Part shown: positions 7,021-15,723 of the stretch, piece by piece
Numbering within the stretch: the stretch's first letter is position 1
Layout: the number at the start of each line of letters is the position of its first letter
From: a virus
Length of the DNA: 54,091 bases
Strand: one strand, 5' to 3'
IMG/VR virus record: IMGVR_UViG_3300039008_000121
Span: 1 to 54,091 of that record
Notes under the pieces: model-generated
Databases searched by the model: none
What the model saw: only the letters and a program-made list of their open reading frames with translations
Told to the model about the DNA's origin: nothing
Position numbers and translations under genes: made by a program

Positions 7021-7184
7021 GAACCAACGCTGTTTGACGTATTTACCAAGTAGGAGTAGAGATAAATCGCTCCGATCATGCAAGTTTAAGTTAGACTGTA
7101 AAAATAAGATTGTTAGAAATATTGCTGCATGTGGTTGGAAGAGTCGTGAAGGCTACTTGAAAGGTAAATATTTAGGCGTTGGTT
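7021..7184 (+). ncRNA. Candidate structured RNA (~165 nt) closed by a long-range helix
   Basis: Three helices stack: 7022-7030 (AACCAACGC) pairs with 7076... no, with 7176-7184 (GCGTTGGTT); 7039-7047 pairs with 7163-7171; 7048-7053 pairs with 7153-7158. That is about 24 bp closing a ~100-nt interior. The 417-nt gap has no ORF. Confidence 0.3.
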
Positions 7185-7237
7185 AATTTAATCAGAACAT
7201 TCATAAAATTTAATCATAAATCTTTAAAAAATCTATT

Positions 7238-7726
7238 ATGAACAAATACACTACTAAGAACAATATTGAGAAGTTACTTGGCGTTAAAGTAGAAGAAAAA
7301 GACGGCTTATTTTATCACGGTGGTTATCTCGACCTAGAGGGAACACAGATAACAAGCCTGCCTGATAACTTATCCGTTGGTGGTTCTCTCGACCTAAGAG
7401 GAACACAGATAACAAGCCTGCCTGATAACTTATCCGTTGGTGGTTCTCTCTACCTAAGAGGAACACAGATAACAAGCCTGCCTGATAACTTATCCGTTGG
7501 TGGTTATCTTATTTCTCAAGAAATAGGAAGTCGAAAGGATAAAACATCATATCATATTAAAAGTGATACAGTGCATTGTGGATGTTTTATAGGAACTCTC
7601 ATTGATTTTAAAGAAAAAGTGTATGACACATATCCTAATGGAATTTTTAGAGAGGAATATGACAAGTTTATTGAAGAAGCAATTGAATTAAGAAATAAAT
7701 ATATGAATAAGAAAGAAATTGCTTAA
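7238..7726 (+). CDS. Leucine-rich-repeat (20-aa LPX-type) protein with a unique C-terminal domain
   Basis: 162 aa with three consecutive units GG(S/Y)L(D/Y)L(E/R)GTQITSLPDNLSV (LxLxxTxIxxLPxxL pattern). Confidence 0.7.
   Translation: MNKYTTKNNIEKLLGVKVEEKDGLFYHGGYLDLEGTQITSLPDNLSVGGSLDLRGTQITSLPDNLSVGGSLYLRGTQITSLPDNLSVGGYLISQEIGSRKDKTSYHIKSDTVHCGCFIGTLIDFKEKVYDTYPNGIFREEYDKFIEEAIELRNKYMNKKEIA
7321..7500 (+). repeat. Near-perfect tandem repeat, 3 x 60 bp, inside the LRR gene
   Basis: 7321-7380, 7381-7440 and 7441-7500 differ at only a few bases. Confidence 0.95.
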
Positions 7727-7753
7727 CAATTTCTTACTACATACAACTAAAAT

Positions 7754-7827
7754 CGTCTCCTAGCTCAACCGGATAGAGCAACTACTTCCTTAGTGGTAGG
7801 TTCCAAGTTCGAATCTTGGGGAGACTT
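7754..7827 (+). tRNA. tRNA, probable Arg (anticodon CCT)
   Basis: Cloverleaf by hand: D-stem GCTC/GAGC with GG in the loop, anticodon arm ACTAC-TTCCTTA-GTGGT, variable AGGTT, T-arm CCAAG-TTCGAAT-CTTGG, acceptor GTCTCC/GGAGAC. Oddities are a C:T mismatch at pair 1-72 and T at position 37. Confidence 0.65.
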
Positions 7828-7842
7828 CTAAAATTTGACACG

Positions 7843-8289
7843 ATGATTATACACGGAATAGAAATAATAGCCAGAGCAAAAAGAGAACCTGAAAATGATT
7901 GGATTTATGGCGATATACATCGCAATGAGATAATATGGAATTATAATGACGATTTTTTTAGTGCTGATTGGCACAAAATTCAGCCTGATACTATTGGAAA
8001 ACCAACAGGTTTTTTGGATAAGAACAACATTGAGATATTCGAAGGTGATATTCTTTCAGATTGTGTCGAGACTGAAACAGGATTCATAAAATCACACAAA
8101 CAAGTTTTCTGGAATCAATTAAAAGGTAGATGGGATTTGGATGAATCATTTAGTCAAGACAAGTCATTCTCCTGCTCATTATCCAAGGATTTGAAATTAT
8201 TTCATTATGAGATTTCAGGCAACATTCACGATAACCCCGAACTAATCCCTAACCAAAATGAAAAAGTCAACCAAAAAAGAAATACGTAA
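7843..8289 (+). CDS. YopX-family phage protein (start moved to the Met downstream of the tRNA)
   Basis: It has the pattern typical of YopX domains: TIGKPTGFLDKNNIEIFEGDIL. The track start at 7816 overlaps the tRNA 3' end. Confidence 0.55.
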   Translation: MIIHGIEIIARAKREPENDWIYGDIHRNEIIWNYNDDFFSADWHKIQPDTIGKPTGFLDKNNIEIFEGDILSDCVETETGFIKSHKQVFWNQLKGRWDLDESFSQDKSFSCSLSKDLKLFHYEISGNIHDNPELIPNQNEKVNQKRNT

Positions 8290-8416
8290 CACAATCCTCT
8301 TAATCCTGTTTGCCCTGCTTCTACAAGCGACAGGAATTATCGACTGGCTTGTATATGGCAGTCCTCCAACTTCGGGAGTAAGCAACAGGAGACCCAAAAC
8401 AGAGATTAAGAAATAG
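8258..8416 (+). CDS. Possible 52-aa single-pass membrane peptide (below the ORF-track cutoff)
   Basis: Hand translation gives MKKSTKKEIRNTILLILFALLLQATGIIDWLVYGSPPTSGVSNRRPKTEIKK. It fills the 8290..8498 gap. Confidence 0.35.
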   Translation: MKKSTKKEIRNTILLILFALLLQATGIIDWLVYGSPPTSGVSNRRPKTEIKK

Positions 8417-8498
8417 GTTATGAAACCAGTCTTAGTACGAGAAATCAACCTGCGATACTTAATAGCAAGATTATTACTAATACCTAAAAAGCAAAACA

Positions 8499-8924
8499 AT
8501 GGCAGTAAACAAAGTAATTCTGGTCGGAAATGTGGGGAAAAATCCCGAAATAAAACATTTCGATAACGATAAATCCGTTGCATCATTTTCACTTGCAACA
8601 AGCGAAAGCTATACCAACAAAAGTGGTCAGAAAGTAACCCAAACCGAATGGCACAACATCCAAATTTGGGGTGGACTATCAAAAATTGTCGAAAATTATG
8701 TTGTTAAGGGAATGCAGCTTTACATCGAAGGGAAAATAAGAACCCGTTCCTACGACGACAAAAACGGCAACACACGATATGTAACCGAAATCATAGGGAA
8801 TACCATGCAAATGCTAGGTCGCAAACCCGATAATTCCAATCAGGAAACTCAGAATTCTGCAGTAAATGTTCACATTCCGAAGGAAACAACAGCCGAAGAA
8901 GAGACTGACGATCTTCCATTCTAA
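8499..8924 (+). CDS. ssb: Single-stranded DNA-binding protein
   Basis: MAVNKVILVGNVGKNPE is an OB-fold start, with TEWHNIQIWG and an acidic C-terminal tip DDLPF. Confidence 0.9.
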   Translation: MAVNKVILVGNVGKNPEIKHFDNDKSVASFSLATSESYTNKSGQKVTQTEWHNIQIWGGLSKIVENYVVKGMQLYIEGKIRTRSYDDKNGNTRYVTEIIGNTMQMLGRKPDNSNQETQNSAVNVHIPKETTAEEETDDLPF

Positions 8925-8946
8925 ATCATTCTAAAATTTACATACC

Positions 8947-9687
8947 ATGCTTAATTTAATCAGACCACTTGTGTTTTTCGATCTTGAAACAACAGGTGTG
9001 AGTATAACACAAGATCGCATTGTTCAGATAGGAGCAGTAAAGTTAAATCCTGATGGAACTCAGGAGGAGAAGAATGTACTGGTAAATCCAACCATTCCCA
9101 TCCCCGAAGAAGCAAGCGAAGTTCACGGAATAAAAGACGAAGACGTTAAAAATGCTCCCGTATTTAAGCAAATCGCAAAGTCATTATTCGATTGGCTTTA
9201 CAATTGCGATATCGCAGGCTATAATTCGAATAGCTATGATATTCCATTGTTAGCCGAGGAATTCGGACGATTAAACATCGACTGGCCCATGAGCGACACC
9301 AAGTGTTTAGATATGTTGAAAATCGAAAGACTTCTCAATCCAAACACACTTGAGGCAGCTTACAAAAGATACACTGGTTTAGAACTGGAAGGAGCGCACG
9401 ATGCACTTGCCGATGTAAAGGGAACCATTGCTGTATTGGAAGGACAATTAAAATCAAGCGATATAGAGAACGATATTGCCAAAATTGAAGAATTCCAAAG
9501 GGACGGCCAAGAACTTGTCGATATGGCAGGAAAACTAGCCAAAAATGAAAAAGGAGAGATCATCTATGCAATCGGTAAAGATGCAGGATTAGTAGTAAAG
9601 GATAATCCAGGTTTCGGGCAATGGATGCTAGGCAAGGATTTTCCAAGAGATACCAAACGAATTTTAAGAGGCTTGTTTAATGGCTAA
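8947..9687 (+). CDS. DnaQ-like DEDDh 3'-5' exonuclease
   Basis: Exo I is FFDLETTG, Exo II is GYNSNSYDIPLL, and Exo III is HDALADV. Confidence 0.8.
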   Translation: MLNLIRPLVFFDLETTGVSITQDRIVQIGAVKLNPDGTQEEKNVLVNPTIPIPEEASEVHGIKDEDVKNAPVFKQIAKSLFDWLYNCDIAGYNSNSYDIPLLAEEFGRLNIDWPMSDTKCLDMLKIERLLNPNTLEAAYKRYTGLELEGAHDALADVKGTIAVLEGQLKSSDIENDIAKIEEFQRDGQELVDMAGKLAKNEKGEIIYAIGKDAGLVVKDNPGFGQWMLGKDFPRDTKRILRGLFNG

Positions 9688-10510
9688 GAAAGGCTACATA
9701 CGATTAAGCAGAAAGTTCTTTAATCACCCCTATTGGAAAGAGAAAAGAGTTTACAGTCCTGCAGAGGCATGGTTAGACTTAATTTCTAGTGCAAGGTTTG
9801 AACCGAAACCAGAGCGCATTCATGTTCGAATGAATTTCATCGAAATCAATAGGGGTGAATTAAGGGCATCACAGCGTTTTTTATCAGAAAGATGGGGATG
9901 GTCTTTAGGCAAAGTAAACCGCTTTCTTAAAACGCTAGAACTTGAAACGATGATTGAACGCATACAGAAACACTCTGAAACGATCATTATCATTAAGAAT
10001 TACGAGAAATACAACCCTTTAAAAGATAACGCCAATGAACAGGAATTGAACACTAGTGAGAACACTGACGAGAACGAGAGCGATACAGGCGCGGAACACC
10101 AACAGGTACAAACTAAAGAAAGAAGAATAAAGGGGAATAAAGAGGAAGAAGGTAAAGAAGGAAAAATTTATTCCGAAATCATAGATTTCTACAACCAGTC
10201 ATGCACCGCTTTAACTCCTGTAAAATCAATTACCGATAAGAGAAAAGGATTCATAAACGCCAGAGTAAAGCAATACGGAATCGATAGAGTTAAAGAAATG
10301 ATAACAAACGCTTCTCAATCTAATTTTCTCGCAGGACAAAATAATAGATCATGGATTGCTGATTTTGAATGGATCATGCGCCCTAATAATTTCATAAAAG
10401 TTTTAGAAGGCAAATACAGCGATGGAAAAAACAATAGACCAAATAATCAACAGGGAAAAGGAGCTTCGTCTAAAAATTTCAACGGGGAAAACTACGATTC
10501 AGAGCTTTAA
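9680..10510 (+). CDS. Replication organiser / initiator-like protein with a conserved phage C-terminal domain
   Basis: The N-terminus is a winged-helix-like segment (YIRLSRKFFNHPYWK). The C-terminus (FYNQSCTALTPVKSITDKRKGFINARVKQYG..SNFLAGQN..WIADFEWIMRPNNFIKVLEGKY) resembles the 'phage conserved C-terminus' of replication proteins. Confidence 0.55.
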   Translation: MAKKGYIRLSRKFFNHPYWKEKRVYSPAEAWLDLISSARFEPKPERIHVRMNFIEINRGELRASQRFLSERWGWSLGKVNRFLKTLELETMIERIQKHSETIIIIKNYEKYNPLKDNANEQELNTSENTDENESDTGAEHQQVQTKERRIKGNKEEEGKEGKIYSEIIDFYNQSCTALTPVKSITDKRKGFINARVKQYGIDRVKEMITNASQSNFLAGQNNRSWIADFEWIMRPNNFIKVLEGKYSDGKNNRPNNQQGKGASSKNFNGENYDSEL

Positions 10511-11126
10511 GTTAGAGAATGTGAATCCCGAAGATTTAAAAGAAGTTTTCATAGCAATTGGAAACACCATACTGGTTGAGAATGGCGAGAAGATTTTAAA
10601 TGAGGACGATGAGTGGATCGATCGACCATTTGAGGTTGATAAATTCAATACTGATCAAATAGATCAAATCTCTTATTACTTAACTGATGATAAACGATTC
10701 AGTAAAGATCAGAACAAGGCTCTAATGTTAATGGGGTCAGTCGGATCAGGCAAGTCTATGCTGATTGAGATTTCAAGAAGATCATTTGCATATCTATCCA
10801 GAAAGATGTTTCAGATCATTCCTGCCATGAAAATTGCCAGTGCATATGCTGACAATGATATCGACACGAAAAACATCGCCAACAATACAGGAGTTCTTTG
10901 CATTGATGATATGGGATGCGAGCCTCAAACCGTTAAGCATTACGGAACTGAATACAGTCCGATTATAGAGGTAATTCATTTCCGATACATAAACCGCAGA
11001 CCAACATTTGTTACTACAAATCTGGATGCAAACGAGATCGAAGATTACTACGATGCCAGAATTCGGAACCGATTAAAGCAGATGTGCAATGCGATAATTT
11101 TTAAAGGACCAAGTAGAAGAAAATGA
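10422..11126 (+). CDS. DnaC/IstB-like AAA+ helicase loader
   Basis: Walker A is GSVGSGKS and Walker B is LCIDDMG. It overlaps the previous gene by 89 nt, and an in-frame GTG at 10521 is an alternative start. Confidence 0.7.
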   Translation: MEKTIDQIINREKELRLKISTGKTTIQSFKLENVNPEDLKEVFIAIGNTILVENGEKILNEDDEWIDRPFEVDKFNTDQIDQISYYLTDDKRFSKDQNKALMLMGSVGSGKSMLIEISRRSFAYLSRKMFQIIPAMKIASAYADNDIDTKNIANNTGVLCIDDMGCEPQTVKHYGTEYSPIIEVIHFRYINRRPTFVTTNLDANEIEDYYDARIRNRLKQMCNAIIFKGPSRRK

Positions 11127-11129
11127 ATT

Positions 11130-11351
11130 ATGAAACCAACAACATCAGATCTGATTGAAATTAGAATCAAGGCACTAGAAAAAGAATTCGATAATCCTCA
11201 GCTGACGATTAAAGAACGAACAGCAGTAGAAATGGAGCTAGGAATTGCCTACAAGCAATTGAATCAGTCAACCGATTATTTAGAAAGCAAATATGGCAAA
11301 CAAATTAAAGGAGGAACTAGATCGAGTGTTCTCAATTTACATTCGGCTTAG
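11130..11351 (+). CDS. Hypothetical 73-aa protein
   Basis: ORF whose 3' end overlaps the NinG-like gene by 59 nt. Confidence 0.45.
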   Translation: MKPTTSDLIEIRIKALEKEFDNPQLTIKERTAVEMELGIAYKQLNQSTDYLESKYGKQIKGGTRSSVLNLHSA

Positions 11352-11697
11352 AGACTCCAATTCCGATGGGAACGCAAGGTGTATTTCCTGCAATCGAACA
11401 GTAAACTGGAAAAGTGCCGACAATGGGCATTACATCGATAGGAAACACATGGGAACCCGATTCAGTCCAACCAACTGCAATTTACAATGCAGAATTTGTA
11501 ACAGGCAGGAAGATGGAAACCTGGAAGGATACGAAAAAGGATTGATTGAAAAGTACGGTGAGCAGGTGATTGATGAGCTTACAATCGAAAAACATCGAAT
11601 AACAAAATACACTCCTGCCGATTATCGCGAACTAATTGGCTATTACCAAGGAGAAATCAAAAAGCTCAAGAAAGAAAAGAGTTTAGTAACAGTTTAA
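11293..11697 (+). CDS. NinG-like recombination / structure-specific endonuclease protein
   Basis: FSIYIRLRD..CISCNR..NGHYIDRKH..CNLQCRICN is the Cys/His pattern typical of lambda NinG-family proteins. Confidence 0.55.
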   Translation: MANKLKEELDRVFSIYIRLRDSNSDGNARCISCNRTVNWKSADNGHYIDRKHMGTRFSPTNCNLQCRICNRQEDGNLEGYEKGLIEKYGEQVIDELTIEKHRITKYTPADYRELIGYYQGEIKKLKKEKSLVTV

Positions 11698-11712
11698 AAA
11701 AACAATTCAAAA

Positions 11713-12096
11713 ATGGCAGAACAACAAATGGGAGAACTTACCCAAAACCTCTACCGATGGGCAATCGTCCAGATGCTTGCAACAGAGAAATTCGATACAA
11801 TTCTTCAACCTTTGATCAAGTATCACGAACAAGGCATAGTTGCAGAATTCACAGCCAAAAAAGTGCTGATTAATCCAAAGGACAAGAAAGCTCTCTCCAG
11901 AAACGATCGAGAATATAAAACCGAGCTGCAGCGATTAAGAAAAGACTTTAGCAACTATTCCGAGCTAAACAAGAGAATGGTAAAACGATTTGCCACTATC
12001 GATGATAACACCCTCTTAAAACTCGCATCATCCAAGCTTGAACAATTCTTAGTTGACAACATCCAAATTACTCGCAATGAACCACAAGAAGCCTAA
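11713..12096 (+). CDS. Hypothetical protein, 127 aa
   Basis: ORF with operon spacing. No motif was recognised. Confidence 0.55.
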   Translation: MAEQQMGELTQNLYRWAIVQMLATEKFDTILQPLIKYHEQGIVAEFTAKKVLINPKDKKALSRNDREYKTELQRLRKDFSNYSELNKRMVKRFATIDDNTLLKLASSKLEQFLVDNIQITRNEPQEA

Positions 12097-12349
12097 CAAA
12101 GGAAGAGAGATCCACGGCCTGCACAAAGTCCCTGATTCAGTTATCATCAAATCACAACAGGTCGAAATCGGACAATTAAACTCATACATCGATGAGCTTA
12201 AATTCAAACTGGATCAGGAACGAAAAGAGAATCTAATTAAACGCAGAGGATTAATAGACCAATGCAATAACCTGGTCGAGAAGAATAAGAAACTCAAAAA
12301 GGAAAACAAAGAATACAGAAAGTTAGGAACCCATCTAAAACGAGCCTAA
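12077..12349 (+). CDS. Hypothetical basic coiled-coil protein (internal Met start preferred)
   Basis: The track ORF is 12053..12349. The Met at 12077 reduces the overlap with the upstream gene. Confidence 0.45.
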   Translation: MNHKKPNKGREIHGLHKVPDSVIIKSQQVEIGQLNSYIDELKFKLDQERKENLIKRRGLIDQCNNLVEKNKKLKKENKEYRKLGTHLKRA

Positions 12350-12350
12350 T

Positions 12351-12884
12351 ATGAACATTCTAAAACTACACGTATTCAAATCTGAGTTGTGGGAAGTAAC
12401 CACAGCTCCGGTTGGCGAAATTCCCGAGAAAGATTTTGTCATTCGTACAACTCAAGACAAGAATCAGGATAAGCTACTCGACTATGATAACAATCCAGTT
12501 CATTACGATGCAGTATTGCTTATCAAAGGATTCAAATCTACTCATCCAAGAGCCTTGGTTGAATTCATAGGGATCGAGAAAGTAAAAGAGGCCACGCATA
12601 TATTTTCCAATGGTGCAGAAGTCGATTATACAAATGGCCCTTACTGGAAAATCAATCTTGGCAAAGTTTTAGAAACGGCCAATTTCCACCCACGAACCCG
12701 ATACTGGAAAGGAAGGGAAGTAATTCATACAAAATTCCCAAAGGAAGAGTATGGAGTTTGTAAAGTAAAAAGAGCGAACGATACATTTATTGCAGTTGAG
12801 TTCGAAAAACCTCTACCAGTGATCTACAACGAAGGCATGCGCGACACTATTGCCTACTACGATCAGATTAAACCTGCAATGTAA
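12351..12884 (+). CDS. Hypothetical protein, 177 aa
   Basis: ORF immediately upstream of the two methyltransferases. Confidence 0.55.
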   Translation: MNILKLHVFKSELWEVTTAPVGEIPEKDFVIRTTQDKNQDKLLDYDNNPVHYDAVLLIKGFKSTHPRALVEFIGIEKVKEATHIFSNGAEVDYTNGPYWKINLGKVLETANFHPRTRYWKGREVIHTKFPKEEYGVCKVKRANDTFIAVEFEKPLPVIYNEGMRDTIAYYDQIKPAM

Positions 12885-12907
12885 ACCATTTAAAAAACAA
12901 TTCTCAA

Positions 12908-14491
12908 ATGATAACTGATAGAAAAATATTCTACATCGATCTATTTAGCGGAGCCGGAGGCACTACTACAGGTGTACACCTTGCAGGCTCAGAAGTTGTT
13001 GCATGTGTGAATCATGATGCAAAGGCAATTGAATCACATCGGGCAAATCATCCTGACTGTATTCATTACATTGAAGATATCAGAGACTTTGAGGTGGTGG
13101 TGAAACTTAAAAAGCAAGTTGATTTATTAAGAATTCAACATCCTGATTGTATTGTAATTATTTGGGCTAGTCTTGAATGTACCAATTACAGTAAGGCGAA
13201 AGGTGGACAGCCTAGAGATGCAGATAGCAGAACATTAGCTGAGCATTTATTCATGTATCTGGAACACCTTACACCTGAATATCTGATGATCGAGAATGTA
13301 AGAGAGTTCATGAGTTGGGGGCCATTGGATGAGAAAGGTCGTCCAGTGTGCAGAATGAAGGGGAAGGATTATTTGAAGTGGGTGGATAATGTGAAATCTT
13401 TTGGATTTGATTACGATTGGAGATTGTTGAATGCTGCTGACTTTGGATCCTATCAATCACGTGAAAGGTATTTCGGACAGTTCGCACGAAAAGGATATCC
13501 TATTGCATGGCCTGAGCCAACTCACTCAAAGAATCCAACAAAGCAAAATACTTTGTTCGGTGATCCTTTGAAAAAGTGGAAGCCGGTTCGTGATGTTTTA
13601 GATCTTGAGGATGTAGGTCAATCCATATTCAATAGAAAAAAGCCTTTGGTTGAGGCCACATTGAAGAGAATATATGCTGGACTAATCAAGTTTGTTGCAG
13701 GTGGTGAGGATAAGTGGTTGATCAAATACAATTCCATGAGTAAGCGAGGAACTTATAATCCTCCAAGCTTAAACGATCCTAGTCCAGTAGTATCAACTCA
13801 AGGAAGATTGGGAGTAGTTTTTGCAACCTCTTACTATGGGAATGGAGGATCTCACGACACGAATGAGCCTTGTCCAACCTTGACCACTAAGGATAGATTT
13901 TCATTGGTTAGACCTCAGTTCTTGGATAATCAATATGGCACAGGAGTACCATCGAGCATTGATCATCCGAATGGAACACTTACGGCCAATCCAAAGCAAA
14001 AGCTTGTAACGATTGAACCTTGGTTGATGAATACCAATTTCAATAATGTAGGCAAGTCTATTGATGGGCCAGCTCCAACCATTCTCGCATGTAGGAAGCA
14101 TCACTATCTCATGAATCCTCAGTTCAATGACAAAGGTCGATCCTTGGATAGGCCATGTTTCACATTGATTGCTAAGATGGATAAGAGACCTCCATACTTG
14201 ATTGAAGCAAACGAGGGAGCTGAGACTGTTAAGATCTTTGAGGGGGATTCTCCAATGATGATCAAGATCAAAGAGTTTATGATCCTCTACGGTATTGTAG
14301 ATATCAAAATGAGAATGCTAAAAATACCTGAGTTATTACAGATACAAGGATTCCCGAAAGACTACCAGTTGGTAGGAACGCAGGCAGATCAGAAGAAATT
14401 CATTGGCAATGCTGTAGATGTGAACATGTCTAAAGCTTTAGCCGATGCCAGTAGGAACGGAATTATTAACCACTTCAAAAAAGTAGCTTAA
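12908..14491 (+). CDS. DNA (cytosine-5) methyltransferase
   Basis: Motif I is DLFSGAGG, with ENV (MIENVREF), QSRERYF, and motif X GNAVDVNM. There is a long variable region between the conserved blocks. Confidence 0.85.
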   Translation: MITDRKIFYIDLFSGAGGTTTGVHLAGSEVVACVNHDAKAIESHRANHPDCIHYIEDIRDFEVVVKLKKQVDLLRIQHPDCIVIIWASLECTNYSKAKGGQPRDADSRTLAEHLFMYLEHLTPEYLMIENVREFMSWGPLDEKGRPVCRMKGKDYLKWVDNVKSFGFDYDWRLLNAADFGSYQSRERYFGQFARKGYPIAWPEPTHSKNPTKQNTLFGDPLKKWKPVRDVLDLEDVGQSIFNRKKPLVEATLKRIYAGLIKFVAGGEDKWLIKYNSMSKRGTYNPPSLNDPSPVVSTQGRLGVVFATSYYGNGGSHDTNEPCPTLTTKDRFSLVRPQFLDNQYGTGVPSSIDHPNGTLTANPKQKLVTIEPWLMNTNFNNVGKSIDGPAPTILACRKHHYLMNPQFNDKGRSLDRPCFTLIAKMDKRPPYLIEANEGAETVKIFEGDSPMMIKIKEFMILYGIVDIKMRMLKIPELLQIQGFPKDYQLVGTQADQKKFIGNAVDVNMSKALADASRNGIINHFKKVA

Positions 14492-14493
14492 TT

Positions 14494-14982
14494 ATGAGAA
14501 AAGGTATAGGCTCTCACCAATCAGCCAACATGAAAAAAGATGAATGGCTAACACCTCCTGAAATTATTAAGGCTCTAGGAGAATTCGATTTAGACCCATG
14601 CGCTCCTGTTATTCGACCTTGGGAAATGGCAAATACACATCTAACTGTTGAGGATGATGGTTTAGCGCATGAGTGGGAGGGTAGGGTATGGTGCAATCCA
14701 CCTTACGGACTTGAAGCTGCTAAGTGGCTTGAAAAATTAAGCGTTCACAATAATGGAATCGCACTAATATTCGCCAGAACAGAAACGAAAATGTTTTTTC
14801 AATGGGTTTGGAATAAAGCAACAGCATTAAAATTCATTGAAGGAAGACTACACTTTCATCATGTCGATGGATCAAGAGCAAAAGCAAACTCCGGTGCGCC
14901 TTCGGTATTGGTTGCCTACGGGGAACACAATGCGAAGATTCTGGAACAATCTGATATTAAAGGGCAGTTTATTAGACTTTAA
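14494..14982 (+). CDS. Phage Dam-type DNA N6-adenine methyltransferase
   Basis: EWLTPPEIIKALGEFDLDPCAP followed by VWCNPPYG (the NPPY catalytic motif). Confidence 0.85.
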   Translation: MRKGIGSHQSANMKKDEWLTPPEIIKALGEFDLDPCAPVIRPWEMANTHLTVEDDGLAHEWEGRVWCNPPYGLEAAKWLEKLSVHNNGIALIFARTETKMFFQWVWNKATALKFIEGRLHFHHVDGSRAKANSGAPSVLVAYGEHNAKILEQSDIKGQFIRL

Positions 14983-15000
14983 AATTATAAAGTAATAATC

Positions 15001-15546
15001 ATGAAAAATAAACATCACATTAAAGTTTCTATTCATATGGTAATAGATGGTAAAGTTCAAAATCTAAAAGAAGTCTTATATGAACGTGGATCAGAAACTT
15101 ATTGCTACACATTAGATGATTTGGCTAGAGTTATTTTTATGTGGGAGAGAATATTCAGTCCTCATTCTACTTATGCAATGGATGGATACTTACAAGAAGC
15201 CGAAAAGAAGTTAGCAAAAAGAGATAATGAAACAGCTCAATCTTGTTTTGAAAAATATTGGATCAATATAAAAGAAACTATCGATAAGGAGTTTTCTGAC
15301 ATAAATAACGGTAGTGACTCTATATTTCCAGAGGTTAATGATTACCTAGCATATAGCATTGCAGAGTTGTGCAGATCTATTCATCATAAGCCTTTAGTTG
15401 TTCAGCAGGGATTTTTGTACTATTTGTTTAAATACATTGAAAATTCAAGTATAAAAGAATTTGAACAAGATATTTACTTAATACCTGATTACATTAAAGA
15501 AATAGTTGACAATAAGGTAGTGCAAAAAAAATCAGATTCGGAATGA
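15001..15546 (+). CDS. Hypothetical protein, 181 aa, markedly AT-rich
   Basis: Sampled lines of this ORF are about 23-30% GC, against about 38-40% nearby. Confidence 0.55.
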   Translation: MKNKHHIKVSIHMVIDGKVQNLKEVLYERGSETYCYTLDDLARVIFMWERIFSPHSTYAMDGYLQEAEKKLAKRDNETAQSCFEKYWINIKETIDKEFSDINNGSDSIFPEVNDYLAYSIAELCRSIHHKPLVVQQGFLYYLFKYIENSSIKEFEQDIYLIPDYIKEIVDNKVVQKKSDSE

Positions 15547-15722
15547 AAAGACCAGGCAAACTAGTAAAAACCTCAAAAGGTTTCAAAGGGATCATCTACA
15601 ACGATGAACCTACTCACAACGGCAAGTATCAAGTTAGACTTGTCGGTAAAGATCTAAAACTAACGGGAGCAAATATGCTTTGTTCTCCTGATAAACTAAT
15701 CAAAATTGGAAATGTAGATTGA
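15543..15722 (+). CDS. Hypothetical 59-aa protein (below the ORF-track cutoff)
   Basis: Hand translation gives MKRPGKLVKTSKGFKGIIYNDEPTHNGKYQVRLVGKDLKLTGANMLCSPDKLIKIGNVD. Its ATGA overlaps the upstream stop, and its stop abuts the next start. Confidence 0.55.
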   Translation: MKRPGKLVKTSKGFKGIIYNDEPTHNGKYQVRLVGKDLKLTGANMLCSPDKLIKIGNVD

Positions 15723-15723
15723 T

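Noticed and set aside
7321-7500. A possible CRISPR array or other non-coding repeat (3 x 60 bp)
   Set aside because: The units are contiguous with no spacers and lie in frame inside a 162-aa ORF, where they encode LRR units.
6884-7827. A suppressor tRNA or stop-codon reassignment, as seen in some gut phages
   Set aside because: Long uninterrupted standard-code ORFs, including one of 3,924 aa, span the whole genome. Neither tRNA-like gene shows a CTA, TTA or TCA anticodon in a valid loop context.
8242-8682. A 146-aa minus-strand ORF spanning the YopX/SSB intergenic region
   Set aside because: It is antisense to the well-supported ssb start and to the end of the YopX gene. It is Cys/Arg/Leu-rich, and every neighbouring gene is on the plus strand.
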